From assembly GCA_964423085.1 (NCBI GenBank), contig CAYRDB010000003.1:1-37259 (forward strand): a stretch of DNA of 37,259 nucleotides. Reading direction: 5' to 3'. Every line of letters starts with the position of its first letter. Within the stretch, counting starts at the first letter, position 1. A program made the position numbers and the translations under genes. Shown in pieces: positions 17,353 through 25,397 of the stretch. This DNA comes from an uncultured archaeon. Its GTDB lineage: Archaea > Aenigmatarchaeota > Aenigmatarchaeia > CG10238-14 > SCSR01. Below the pieces are notes generated by a model that saw only the letters and a list, made by a program, of their open reading frames with translations, did not search any database and had not been told where the DNA came from.

Positions 17353-17467
17353 GGGCCATTAGCTTAGCCTGGAAGCTCTATGAGCTGGGCAATTAGAGCA
17401 ATCGACTTATAGGTCAGCTAAGCGCTAGGAAATCGATAGGTCGCCGGTCCGAATCCGGCATGGCCCA
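17353..17467 (+). tRNA. tRNA gene with two introns, probable tRNA-Ile(UAU); atypical T-loop
   Basis: Acceptor GGGCCAT/ATGGCCC with discriminator A73. The T-arm is GCCGG-TCCGAAT-CCGGC. The anticodon arm is ATCGA-CTTATA[intron 17412-17431]A-TCGAT, with a canonical 3-nt bulge / 4-bp helix / 3-nt bulge at 37/38. A second insert of about 21-23 nt lies in the D-arm region (about 17374-17400). Confidence 0.6.
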
Positions 17468-17521
17468 CTTCTTTCTTATCAGAAAAGCTAAAAATTACCG
17501 TCGCCATATATTATTGATAGG

Positions 17522-18301
17522 ATGACTGCTAAGCCCGAACCAAGCAACGAGAGTTCTAACTTCATAGTAACCGAGATTAATGAAATACTGAAAAATCTAG
17601 AAAGGGACTCTTTTTTCATATTAAGCTACTCCACATATTGTAAAGCCGACAAAAATGGAAAAGTCCATTATTACGAAATAAAAGGCGACAATTATATTTC
17701 TGATACTGGTATAAACATCGATTATCATTGCAGTAACATAACAAGAAACTTGACAAAGCTTGCAACTATTTTTCCTGGAATAAAGATGAAGGAAAGATTC
17801 AAAACAGCAGTCTACAAATCAATATATTACGACAACAGACGCAAGATCGATTGTGATGAAAAAGAAGCACTAAGATCACTCTATGACGATTTGGGAGCAA
17901 TAACTGTATATGCTAAAATGCTAAAAAAGAAAGCACTGGAGTATGAAGATGCGAAGGATTCATTCCACAAGTTGAATATTAACGAAATCACTGAATCTCT
18001 TGTTGAAAATCAAAAGCCCATGAATAACATAAAAAAATATCTAGCAAATGTAAATGAAACCATAAGAAGAGACGGTCAGCTGCAGTTCTTGTGGGACGAT
18101 TGGAACAAATTGACTTCTGCGCTCGAACTCGCTAGCATGTACAGAGCATCAGAAATGCTCAGAAGGTGTATGGATGTTTTCAACTCAAGATACGAAGATA
18201 AGACAACAATTGGAGAAATGGAAAAAATCAACAGGGAAGAAATCAACAGCATTTTGAACAAATTAAAAATGGCATTGGACGACTGTAGCATAGAATGCTA
18301 A
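17522..18301 (+). CDS. Hypothetical protein, AT-rich orphan ORF
   Basis: 259-aa ORF, predicted helical, with no TM segment and no recognisable motifs. Sampled 60-nt lines give about 30% G+C, versus about 50-60% in flanking genes. Confidence 0.5.
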   Translation: MTAKPEPSNESSNFIVTEINEILKNLERDSFFILSYSTYCKADKNGKVHYYEIKGDNYISDTGINIDYHCSNITRNLTKLATIFPGIKMKERFKTAVYKSIYYDNRRKIDCDEKEALRSLYDDLGAITVYAKMLKKKALEYEDAKDSFHKLNINEITESLVENQKPMNNIKKYLANVNETIRRDGQLQFLWDDWNKLTSALELASMYRASEMLRRCMDVFNSRYEDKTTIGEMEKINREEINSILNKLKMALDDCSIEC

Positions 18302-18375
18302 TGCTTTCGCTTCCTCTTCTTCTGTCGCCTTCTTTTCGTCTTCTTCCTTCTCGCTCTCTTTTCTCCGTGAGCCAT
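18298..18375 (-). CDS. 25-aa highly basic micro-ORF, eL41-like ribosomal protein candidate
   Basis: Hand translation gives MAHGEKRARRKKTKRRRQKKRKRKH then TAG. It lies 32 nt downstream of rps10 on the same strand. Length and K/R content (17 of 25) match eL41 (25 aa in eukaryotes). It is absent from the ORF track because it is under 60 aa. Confidence 0.4.
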   Translation of the reverse strand: MAHGEKRARRKKTKRRRQKKRKRKH

Positions 18376-18407
18376 GGAATAGAATTAGCTGGAATAGGAT
18401 TTATACC

Positions 18408-18737
18408 TTAGTCCTTGAGCTGTATGCTCATGTGGACTCCCTGCGGAATGTTGACTCTCATTATCTGCCTTAGAGCGCGGTCGTCTGCCTGCACGTCTAT
18501 TACCCTCTTATGTATTCTCATTTCCCATCTTTCGAATGTGGCGTTGCCGTGACCGGTTCCGTCACCGCATGGCGTCTTCAGCGTGGTAACCTTCATCACT
18601 TTTGTCGGAAGTGGCACAGGACCTTTGTATCCGACACCAAATGTCTTAGCAATTCCTCTAATATCTTCGCATATCGTGCCGAGCTCCTTAGAGTCCTTGC
18701 CTGAAAGTTTTATCCTCGCAACTTGCATTTCAATCAA
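18408..18737 (-). CDS. rps10: 30S ribosomal protein S10 (uS10)
   Basis: RIKLSG...PLPTK...HKRVIDV pattern, in its canonical position after tuf. Confidence 0.9.
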   Translation of the reverse strand: MIEMQVARIKLSGKDSKELGTICEDIRGIAKTFGVGYKGPVPLPTKVMKVTTLKTPCGDGTGHGNATFERWEMRIHKRVIDVQADDRALRQIMRVNIPQGVHMSIQLKD

Positions 18738-18870
18738 CTATGATTTTATTCTTCAAACAATTTAATTCTATTGAACTGTCTGTCTTTAAATCCTTTTTGA
18801 TGGGCGAACTATAGGATGGGTCGCTGTTTTGTAAAAAAAAATATTTCAAAAAAAACTCTAGACAAAAGTA

Positions 18871-18942
18871 GAGGAAAAATAAAAGATTAGAAATGGGGAA
18901 AATGAAAAAGAAAAGATTGGGCGTGAAAGCCTAAGCTTTCAC
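18871..18942 (-). terminator. Hairpin plus oligo-U tracts after tuf
   Basis: The minus-strand RNA reads GUGAAAGC-UUAG-GCUUUCAC (18942-18923, including the UAG stop). It is followed by UCUUUUCUUUUUCAUUUU...UCUUUUAUUUUU. Oligo-T runs are archaeal termination signals. Confidence 0.5.
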
Positions 18943-20208
18943 AATATCCAAGCAGACGCCCGCTGCCACAGTCGAACCCATGTCCCTTACCGCGAACCTC
19001 GCGAGCTCCGGAAAGTCGCCCTGCTTCTCTATCACAAAAGGCTTGCTAGGGATGACCTTTATCCTGGCCGCGTCTCCGGTCTTGATAAAGTCTGGCTTTT
19101 CCTGAACAACCTGTCCGGTCTTCGGGTCAATCTTCGCGATTATCTCCTCGACCCTGCACGCGACCGAAGCCGTGTGGCAGTGGAACACTGGTGTGTATCC
19201 AGCTGTTATGACAGTCGGGTGGTTCAGCACAACTATCTGCGCTGTGAACTCTTTCGCAACTGTTGGCGGATTGTCAGGATGACCGGCAACGTCTCCCCTG
19301 TGAACGTCGGTCTTTCCGATTCCCCTAACGTTGAATCCGACGTTGTCGCCTGGTATCGCCTGCTCTATCTGCTGGTGGTGGACTTCGATTGTCTTGACCT
19401 CACCCTGAGCGCCCGAAGGCATGAAGACCAGCTTGTCGCCGTTCTTCAGAACGCCTGTCTCTACCCTACCAACCGGGACTGATCCTACTCCTGTGATGGT
19501 GTAGACATCCTGTATCGGCAGCCTGAGCGCTTTGTCCGTAGGCTTTGGTGGCTCCACAACGAACTGGTCGAGTGTGTCAACCAAGCTCTGGCCTTTGTAC
19601 CAAGGCATGTTCTCGGATTTTTTGGCGATGTTGTCTCCCATGAAACCAGATGTTGGTATCATTGGTATTTCGTCCATCTTGTATCCTATGCCTTTGAAGA
19701 GCTTCGTTACTTCGTCTTTTACTTCGTTGAACCTCTTCTCGTCATAGTTTGCAGCATCCATCTTGTTTAGCACTATAATAATCTGGCCTACACCCAGAAC
19801 TTTCAACAACCAAGCGTGCTCCTTGGTCTGCTCTTGTATTCCCTCACCGGGTTTTGCAGAGACCACGAACACTGCAACGTCGGCCTGCGACGCTCCTGTG
19901 ATCATGTTCTTGATAAAGTCCCTGTGTCCTGGCGCGTCTATGACAGTGAAGAACCATTTCTTGGTCTCGAAAGGCCTGTGCATGACATCTATTGTCAGAC
20001 CCCTCTGCCTTTCCTCCTTCGTGCTGTCTACTGCGTAGGCATATTCGAAAGTTTCTCTCTTGTAATCTTTCGCCTGGTCCTTGAGTTTCCTCATTTCCTC
20101 TTCCCTTATGGCGCCAGAGTCGTATAACAATCTACCCAACAGTGTGGATTTTCCGCTGTCTACGTGCCCAGCTGTCATTAGGTTTATGTGTGGTTTTTTA
20201 TCTGCCAT
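18931..20208 (-). CDS. tuf: Translation elongation factor 1-alpha (aEF-1A)
   Basis: [17 protein letters not shown] and NKMD GTPase motifs. GGAGGT lies upstream of the ATG. Confidence 0.95.
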   Translation of the reverse strand: MADKKPHINLMTAGHVDSGKSTLLGRLLYDSGAIREEEMRKLKDQAKDYKRETFEYAYAVDSTKEERQRGLTIDVMHRPFETKKWFFTVIDAPGHRDFIKNMITGASQADVAVFVVSAKPGEGIQEQTKEHAWLLKVLGVGQIIIVLNKMDAANYDEKRFNEVKDEVTKLFKGIGYKMDEIPMIPTSGFMGDNIAKKSENMPWYKGQSLVDTLDQFVVEPPKPTDKALRLPIQDVYTITGVGSVPVGRVETGVLKNGDKLVFMPSGAQGEVKTIEVHHQQIEQAIPGDNVGFNVRGIGKTDVHRGDVAGHPDNPPTVAKEFTAQIVVLNHPTVITAGYTPVFHCHTASVACRVEEIIAKIDPKTGQVVQEKPDFIKTGDAARIKVIPSKPFVIEKQGDFPELARFAVRDMGSTVAAGVCLDIVKA

Positions 20209-20303
20209 TTGTTTCTTACCTCCGAATTTATCTTTTTAAGTTATTGGATAACCGCCAATATACTACTATACTAATTATTGTAAAATATTTAAATACGTTC
20301 GGC

Positions 20304-22505
20304 TTACTCCTCTTCGTCTGAGCCCGAGTCTTTTATTCCCTTCCTCTCCCTGACTTGCTCTATTGTCTTCTCCCTCAAATCCTTAGGCAACTTCTCGAAA
20401 GCTATCTCGATCGTGCTATAGAATCCTCGCCCGCTGGTCGATGACTTTAGAGATGTATCGAATCCGAAAATGTCCGAGACAGGTATCTTCGCTGTTATCA
20501 CAGCAGAGCCGCTGTCGGTCTGTATGTCCATAACCTGCCCTCGCCTGTTCTCAACTTCCCTTGTCGCAACGCCTATCAATTCCTCTGGCAGGTCTATTCT
20601 CACAACCTGCTTAGGCTCCAAAAGCGTGATGTCAGCTTTCATGAATCCGTTCTTCAGCGTCCTTCTCATCGCCGGTATTATCTGCCCCGGACCGCGGTGC
20701 ACTGGATCCTCGTGCAGCTCTGCGTCTAGGAGTTTGACTTTTACTCCGTTGACAGGTTCGCGACAGAGCGGGCCTTCGTCAATAATGTTCTGGAAGGCCT
20801 GCTTGACCAGCTCCATGACTTCGTTCATATACTGAACTCCTTTTGTCATGTCCAGCAGCATGCTGCCGTTGTAAATAAACGTTACATTCTTCGCTTCGTC
20901 GTAGTCCATGCCGTACTCGCTGAGCTGCTTGGCTATGTCCGTCTTCTTCTTCTTTATTTCAAAGTCGCTCGGCAATTCGCCGCTCTTCATTGCAGCATAC
21001 ACTTTCTCCTCAACAGGTTCGACTATGATCTGGAATCTGTTGTGCTTGTTCGGCGACCTGCCCTCTACTTCAGGCGACTTTCCAAACACTGCCTCCCTGT
21101 AAACAACTATTGGCCTGGACATTTCAGCTTCTATACCCATGGCTTTTAGTTTCCTTTCAACTTTTGCTTCAAGGTGGAGCTCTCCCAGTCCAGAGACCAG
21201 ATACTCCCCAGTCTCCTGGTTTATCTTTATCTTCAATGTGGTGTCCTCCCTTCCGAGCCTCTTCAGCGCGTTCACCAGCTTTGTCAAATCCATTGTGTTC
21301 TTAGGTTCAATCGATTTTGTGACAACCGGCTCGAATATGTGCTTTATCTCCTCGAAAGGCTCCATCACATTTCCAGCATTGGTCACAGTCTCGCCTGTGA
21401 AAGCCTCGGGTATTCCTACAATTGCTACAATGTTTCCGGACGATATCTCGTCCACCTGTATCCTCTGTATTCCCTTGTATATTGCCACCTGCTGTATCTT
21501 TTCGTTCTTGTTCTGAGTGACCAAAGATACATCCATTCCCTTCACCAGCTTTCCAGAAAAGAGCCTTCCTGTAGCCACGAAGCCTACGTGCGGATCGGTT
21601 ACCATCTTTGTAATTACCATGGACAGCTTTCCGTTTGAATTGCAGTTCATCATGTCCTTTCCCATCTCGGTGGTAACGTCGCCCTTCCATATCTTTTCCA
21701 ACCTATACTGCTGCGCCTCCTTCGGGTTGGGAAGGTGCTTTATTATCATGTCCAAAACTACCTTGTGCATAGGCGCTATTCTCGCAAGCTCGTCGTCGTT
21801 TCCGGAGTTTGCCAAATCTATTATCTGCTTGAAAGTTATTCCGGTCTTTTGCATGTACGGTATTGATATAGCCCATTTCTTTACTCCAGAGCCGAATGCA
21901 ACGCTTCCGTCGCCGACCTGTACCGCCCACTTGTCCTTGTACTCGTCGTCCGCATACTTTCTTATCAACAGGTTGACATCACTTATGATTTTCGCAAACC
22001 TTTCCTGCATCATTTCTGGCGTAAGCTTTAGCTCGCGTATGAGTCTGTCAACCTTGTTTATGAAAAGCACCGGCTTGACCCTTTCCCTGAGCGCCTGCCT
22101 GAAAACTGTTTCGGTCTGAGGCATTATTCCCTCGACCCCGCAAACAAGAACTATTGTTCCATCCACTGCCCTCATTGCCCTCGTTACGTCACCGCCGAAG
22201 TCGACGTGGCCTGGAGTGTCAAGAAGGTTTATTATATAGTCCTTTCCTTCGTACTCGTGGACCATGCTAACATTTGCGCCGTATATAGTAAGCTGCCTCT
22301 CCCTTTCCTGTTCGTCGAACCATGTGAACATACCCGTGTCCCTGTCACCGACCACCTTCTCAGAAAGCATTCCAGCTCCTCCCATCAGGTTGTCTGTAAG
22401 CGCGGTTTTTCCGTGGTGCACGTGGGAGCTTGTGGCAACATTCCTTATCTGCTCGACACTGTTCATCGTGTCGGTTATCCTTTCTATAAGATCTTTTTTC
22501 GCCAT
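20304..22505 (-). CDS. fusA: Translation elongation factor 2 (aEF-2)
   Basis: HGKT, DTPGHVDF and NKVDR motifs, and the diphthamide-loop HEDPVHRG. The likely start is MAKKDL at 22505; the tracked 13-codon extension runs into rps7. Confidence 0.95.
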   Translation of the reverse strand: MAKKDLIERITDTMNSVEQIRNVATSSHVHHGKTALTDNLMGGAGMLSEKVVGDRDTGMFTWFDEQERERQLTIYGANVSMVHEYEGKDYIINLLDTPGHVDFGGDVTRAMRAVDGTIVLVCGVEGIMPQTETVFRQALRERVKPVLFINKVDRLIRELKLTPEMMQERFAKIISDVNLLIRKYADDEYKDKWAVQVGDGSVAFGSGVKKWAISIPYMQKTGITFKQIIDLANSGNDDELARIAPMHKVVLDMIIKHLPNPKEAQQYRLEKIWKGDVTTEMGKDMMNCNSNGKLSMVITKMVTDPHVGFVATGRLFSGKLVKGMDVSLVTQNKNEKIQQVAIYKGIQRIQVDEISSGNIVAIVGIPEAFTGETVTNAGNVMEPFEEIKHIFEPVVTKSIEPKNTMDLTKLVNALKRLGREDTTLKIKINQETGEYLVSGLGELHLEAKVERKLKAMGIEAEMSRPIVVYREAVFGKSPEVEGRSPNKHNRFQIIVEPVEEKVYAAMKSGELPSDFEIKKKKTDIAKQLSEYGMDYDEAKNVTFIYNGSMLLDMTKGVQYMNEVMELVKQAFQNIIDEGPLCREPVNGVKVKLLDAELHEDPVHRGPGQIIPAMRRTLKNGFMKADITLLEPKQVVRIDLPEELIGVATREVENRRGQVMDIQTDSGSAVITAKIPVSDIFGFDTSLKSSTSGRGFYSTIEIAFEKLPKDLREKTIEQVRERKGIKDSGSDEEE

Positions 22506-22515
22506 GAAAAACAAC

Positions 22516-23109
22516 CTATCTAGCGCCCTCTGCCTCTCTTTCAACGCGCTCCTTTTCCTTCACAGCTTCGGAGTTGCTTGCGTCATTCTCGCTGGCTGCG
22601 AGTATCTCCTTTGCCAGAGCTGCGGCCATGCCTTCCTTTTTACCGAAGCTCTTCCTGTAAGCAGACTGTGTTATGCTTCTCAGCGCGATGTCAACCCTTC
22701 TCTGCGGACTTGTAACAACAGCCCTTCTGACTATTATTCCACCCATCTGGTAGCCCGCAATCTCTTCCCTGAATGCAGAATTTTCTATAGCTTTTACAAG
22801 AACTTCTATTGGATTCTTTTTAGTCTTGCTCTCTATAATCTCCATCGCTTCCTTTACTGTATAAAAATGCTTTTCGAACTTTCCTGTCGCGCGCCCGGAT
22901 GATATTACATGCTTCTTGCTCCTGTGTCCAGGAACCATCAGCTTCGTAATCAGCCTTTCGACTATGTTAATCTTCCATTTGGACGCTCTCTTCGTCGAGT
23001 TCCTTCCGCCCGTCTTCGGGACTATGACAGGCTGCAGGCATATGTACCTTTCCAGACCTGCGTCTGCGACCTTCACTTCTCCCATGTCCCATTTGTCAAA
23101 GACTTTCAT
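22516..23109 (-). CDS. rps7: 30S ribosomal protein S7 (uS7)
   Basis: Canonical position between rps12 and fusA. uS7-like sequence (LITKLMVPG...KAIENS...REAEGAR). Confidence 0.9.
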   Translation of the reverse strand: MKVFDKWDMGEVKVADAGLERYICLQPVIVPKTGGRNSTKRASKWKINIVERLITKLMVPGHRSKKHVISSGRATGKFEKHFYTVKEAMEIIESKTKKNPIEVLVKAIENSAFREEIAGYQMGGIIVRRAVVTSPQRRVDIALRSITQSAYRKSFGKKEGMAAALAKEILAASENDASNSEAVKEKERVEREAEGAR

Positions 23110-23116
23110 AAAATCA

Positions 23117-23542
23117 CTATCTTGCCGGTTTCTGCTTCTTTCCAGCGACTATTTCTGGAAGGGAGATTCCATTTACTTTTGAAACTTTAAACTTTATACC
23201 AACCATGGTTCCTTTTGGGCCTCCCTGAGCTCCTCCTATCTTCTCGATTGTGACCTCATCATGCTCGTTCACATGATCAATGGAGTGGTTTCCTGGAACG
23301 TGCGCGGTTACCTGTATGTTGTTCTTTACCAATTGCACTCTAACACATTTCAGCAAACCAGAAGTAGGCTTTCTCTGGTCCACCACCCTCTTGTCAAGAA
23401 CTATTCCCTTGGCCTGAGGAGATCCCTCGAGTGGGTCCTGTTTCCAAAGCTCAAGCTGACGCCTCTTGTACCTTATGTCCTTCCACCTGAGCTTTTTGTG
23501 GCTCTTGCTAAGCTTCCTTGCTGCAAATTCTCCTCTTGCCAT
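23117..23542 (-). CDS. rps12: 30S ribosomal protein S12 (uS12), divergent decoding loops
   Basis: KCVRVQLVKN...EHDEV...KFKVSKVNGISL matches uS12. The near-universal PNSA and PGVR motifs read PTSG and MVGIK here. Confidence 0.9.
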   Translation of the reverse strand: MARGEFAARKLSKSHKKLRWKDIRYKRRQLELWKQDPLEGSPQAKGIVLDKRVVDQRKPTSGLLKCVRVQLVKNNIQVTAHVPGNHSIDHVNEHDEVTIEKIGGAQGGPKGTMVGIKFKVSKVNGISLPEIVAGKKQKPAR

Positions 23543-23551
23543 TACAATCGC

Positions 23552-24004
23552 CTAATGCACCAACAAATCATCTACGCTGTGGTTTCTCTTAAACAATTCT
23601 TTATAAATCTTTATATTTCTTCCCCCTCTCCCTATAACAATAGGGCGGTTCTTCTTTTCTATGCCAACTTCGATTGTCACCTTGCTGTCCTCGTTTCTAA
23701 CCTTTATCGCATTCGCCTGCGGTATCATGTTCTTCACGAACACCACAAGGTCGTTCGAGAACTCGAAGAGCTTTATGGTCTTCCCTATCACATTCTCCGC
23801 GTGCTTGACGCTGCTGCCGTTCTTTCCTATGGCAACGCCTATCTTTCCCTCTTCGACTATAAAGTACACAGTGCTTGTCTCGTCGTCCACAAGGCAGTCC
23901 TTCACAGGAGCGTGCGTTATGTTCTCAAAAAGGGTTATCAACCTTATAGTGTCGGTATCCAAAGTTAGCTTCATTTTATCCCCCAGATTTGTTACCTCTA
24001 GCAC
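23552..24004 (-). CDS. nusA: Archaeal NusA-like protein (two KH domains)
   Basis: GxxG motifs (AIGKNGSSV, VIGRGGRNI) and canonical position between rpl30e and rps12. An alternative start is MKLTLD at 23974. Confidence 0.85.
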   Translation of the reverse strand: MLEVTNLGDKMKLTLDTDTIRLITLFENITHAPVKDCLVDDETSTVYFIVEEGKIGVAIGKNGSSVKHAENVIGKTIKLFEFSNDLVVFVKNMIPQANAIKVRNEDSKVTIEVGIEKKNRPIVIGRGGRNIKIYKELFKRNHSVDDLLVH

Positions 24005-24005
24005 A

Positions 24006-24269
24006 TCATTTCGTTATCACTAGCAGCGAGATAGGGAACGGTTTTCCGCATATGACACCCAAGTCCTTGCTGCTGCCGTCGAACACTTCCACCTTCGTTC
24101 CAGACAGTTTGGCATCGTGTTCGACTTCGTCTCTCTTGGTTTCTGGGATGTTGTTCGCCATCACTATCAGCCTAGGAGAATTGTTTTTTATAAATTCCAA
24201 CGACTTGTTGTATCCAATTACAACGTTTCCCGCTTTCACCGCAGATTGTATTTCATTCGCAACGCTCAT
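24006..24269 (-). CDS. rpl30e: 50S ribosomal protein L30e (eL30)
   Basis: KAGNVVIGYNKS...LIVMANN...DLGVICGKPF pattern and canonical position after rpoA''. Confidence 0.85.
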   Translation of the reverse strand: MSVANEIQSAVKAGNVVIGYNKSLEFIKNNSPRLIVMANNIPETKRDEVEHDAKLSGTKVEVFDGSSKDLGVICGKPFPISLLVITK

Positions 24270-24274
24270 TCAAA

Positions 24275-25393
24275 TCAATCCTCGAATTTCGCGACAAGGT
24301 CAAACATTCCTGTACCCGAAGGTATTACTTGTCCTATCATTACATTCTCAAATATACCTTTAAAGTCATCTTTCTCTCCCTTTATGGTCGCTTTTACAAG
24401 ATGCTTTATCGTCTCCTCGAAAGCCGCCCTTGCGAGTATAGAGCTCTTCGATCCAGCGACACCGTATCTTCCAATAGACTTTACATCCCCAGACAGTGTC
24501 ATGATGTCGCTTACGAGCATCACGTGCCTTATGTCAACGTTCAGACCCTGGCCTTGCATTGTCTTGAGCGACTCGTCTATAATCACACTTCTTACAGCTT
24601 CGACGCCGAGTATCTTCTTTATTTCGTGTATGTCGTTCGATATTGTCCTGGTTTCGTCCACTTCTTTGATTTTGAGAACTTCCTCAAGGTTCGTCCCTAT
24701 GGTGTTTATCAGCCAGTTGTCGCCTTCCCTCCTGACTACGGCATTGCTTACCCCTTCCATTCCGCTGACATGCACTACCATTATCTTGTCCTTGAGCTTC
24801 TGCAATTCCTTTATGTCAACCTCTTCCTTGAACGAGACTGAAACCACATGAGTCGTGCTTGTGATTTTCTTCTTCTTGTCGTCCGCCATCTTAGACTCTA
24901 TGGCGCTCTTTATCGAGCCAAGCTTCCTCAAATCCTCGGGTTCTATGTCAATCGAATTGTTGTTGAGGTTTATTGATATGCTCTTAGAAAGGTCTGCTAC
25001 GTTCTTCTCTATTATGTCCTCTGCGACCTTTTTCGCGCTCTCCATATTGTCAAACTTTGAATCCAGATATATTGTCATGACCGGAGTCTCCGGCTTCCTT
25101 TTAGCGTCGAAAATTTCTATAAGCCTGGGGAGTCCATAAGTGACTTTCAAACCCGCAGAAGCTGCTACGTGATAAGTTCTCATTGTCATTTGCGTGGCAG
25201 GCTCTGATATGCTCTGAGCGGCTATTACGCCTATTGCTTCCCCTGGCTCGAAGCTGCTCTTTATGAACTCTTTCCTTACTTCCGATATCAGCTTCTCCCT
25301 CTGCGCGGCTGTCATCTTCTTTTCCCTCGCAGCTTTCTCCACGCGCTCCATCAGCGATGCTGGCAAGTCGTTTGCGTTTTCTGCTCCTTCCAT
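24275..25393 (-). CDS. rpoA2: DNA-directed RNA polymerase subunit A'' (Rpo1C)
   Basis: GEAIGVIAAQSISEPATQMTMRTYH trigger-loop region, and position after A'. Confidence 0.95.
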   Translation of the reverse strand: MEGAENANDLPASLMERVEKAAREKKMTAAQREKLISEVRKEFIKSSFEPGEAIGVIAAQSISEPATQMTMRTYHVAASAGLKVTYGLPRLIEIFDAKRKPETPVMTIYLDSKFDNMESAKKVAEDIIEKNVADLSKSISINLNNNSIDIEPEDLRKLGSIKSAIESKMADDKKKKITSTTHVVSVSFKEEVDIKELQKLKDKIMVVHVSGMEGVSNAVVRREGDNWLINTIGTNLEEVLKIKEVDETRTISNDIHEIKKILGVEAVRSVIIDESLKTMQGQGLNVDIRHVMLVSDIMTLSGDVKSIGRYGVAGSKSSILARAAFEETIKHLVKATIKGEKDDFKGIFENVMIGQVIPSGTGMFDLVAKFED

Positions 25394-25397
25394 ATAA

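Noticed and set aside
18830-18920. Long A-rich tracts (poly-A runs) between rps10 and tuf, considered as a repeat or mobile-element scar
   Set aside because: On the transcribed minus strand these are oligo-U tracts following a hairpin after tuf, plus the AT-rich promoter of rps10. This is ordinary termination and promoter low complexity.
20470-22902. Plus-strand ORFs of 100-212 aa inside fusA and rps7 (for example 21517..22119, 22264..22902)
   Set aside because: They are shadow frames of highly conserved translation genes on the minus strand, with no independent start context or motifs.
24117-24851. 244-aa plus-strand ORF
   Set aside because: It is antisense to rpoA'' and rpl30e, and the minus-strand products are unambiguous.
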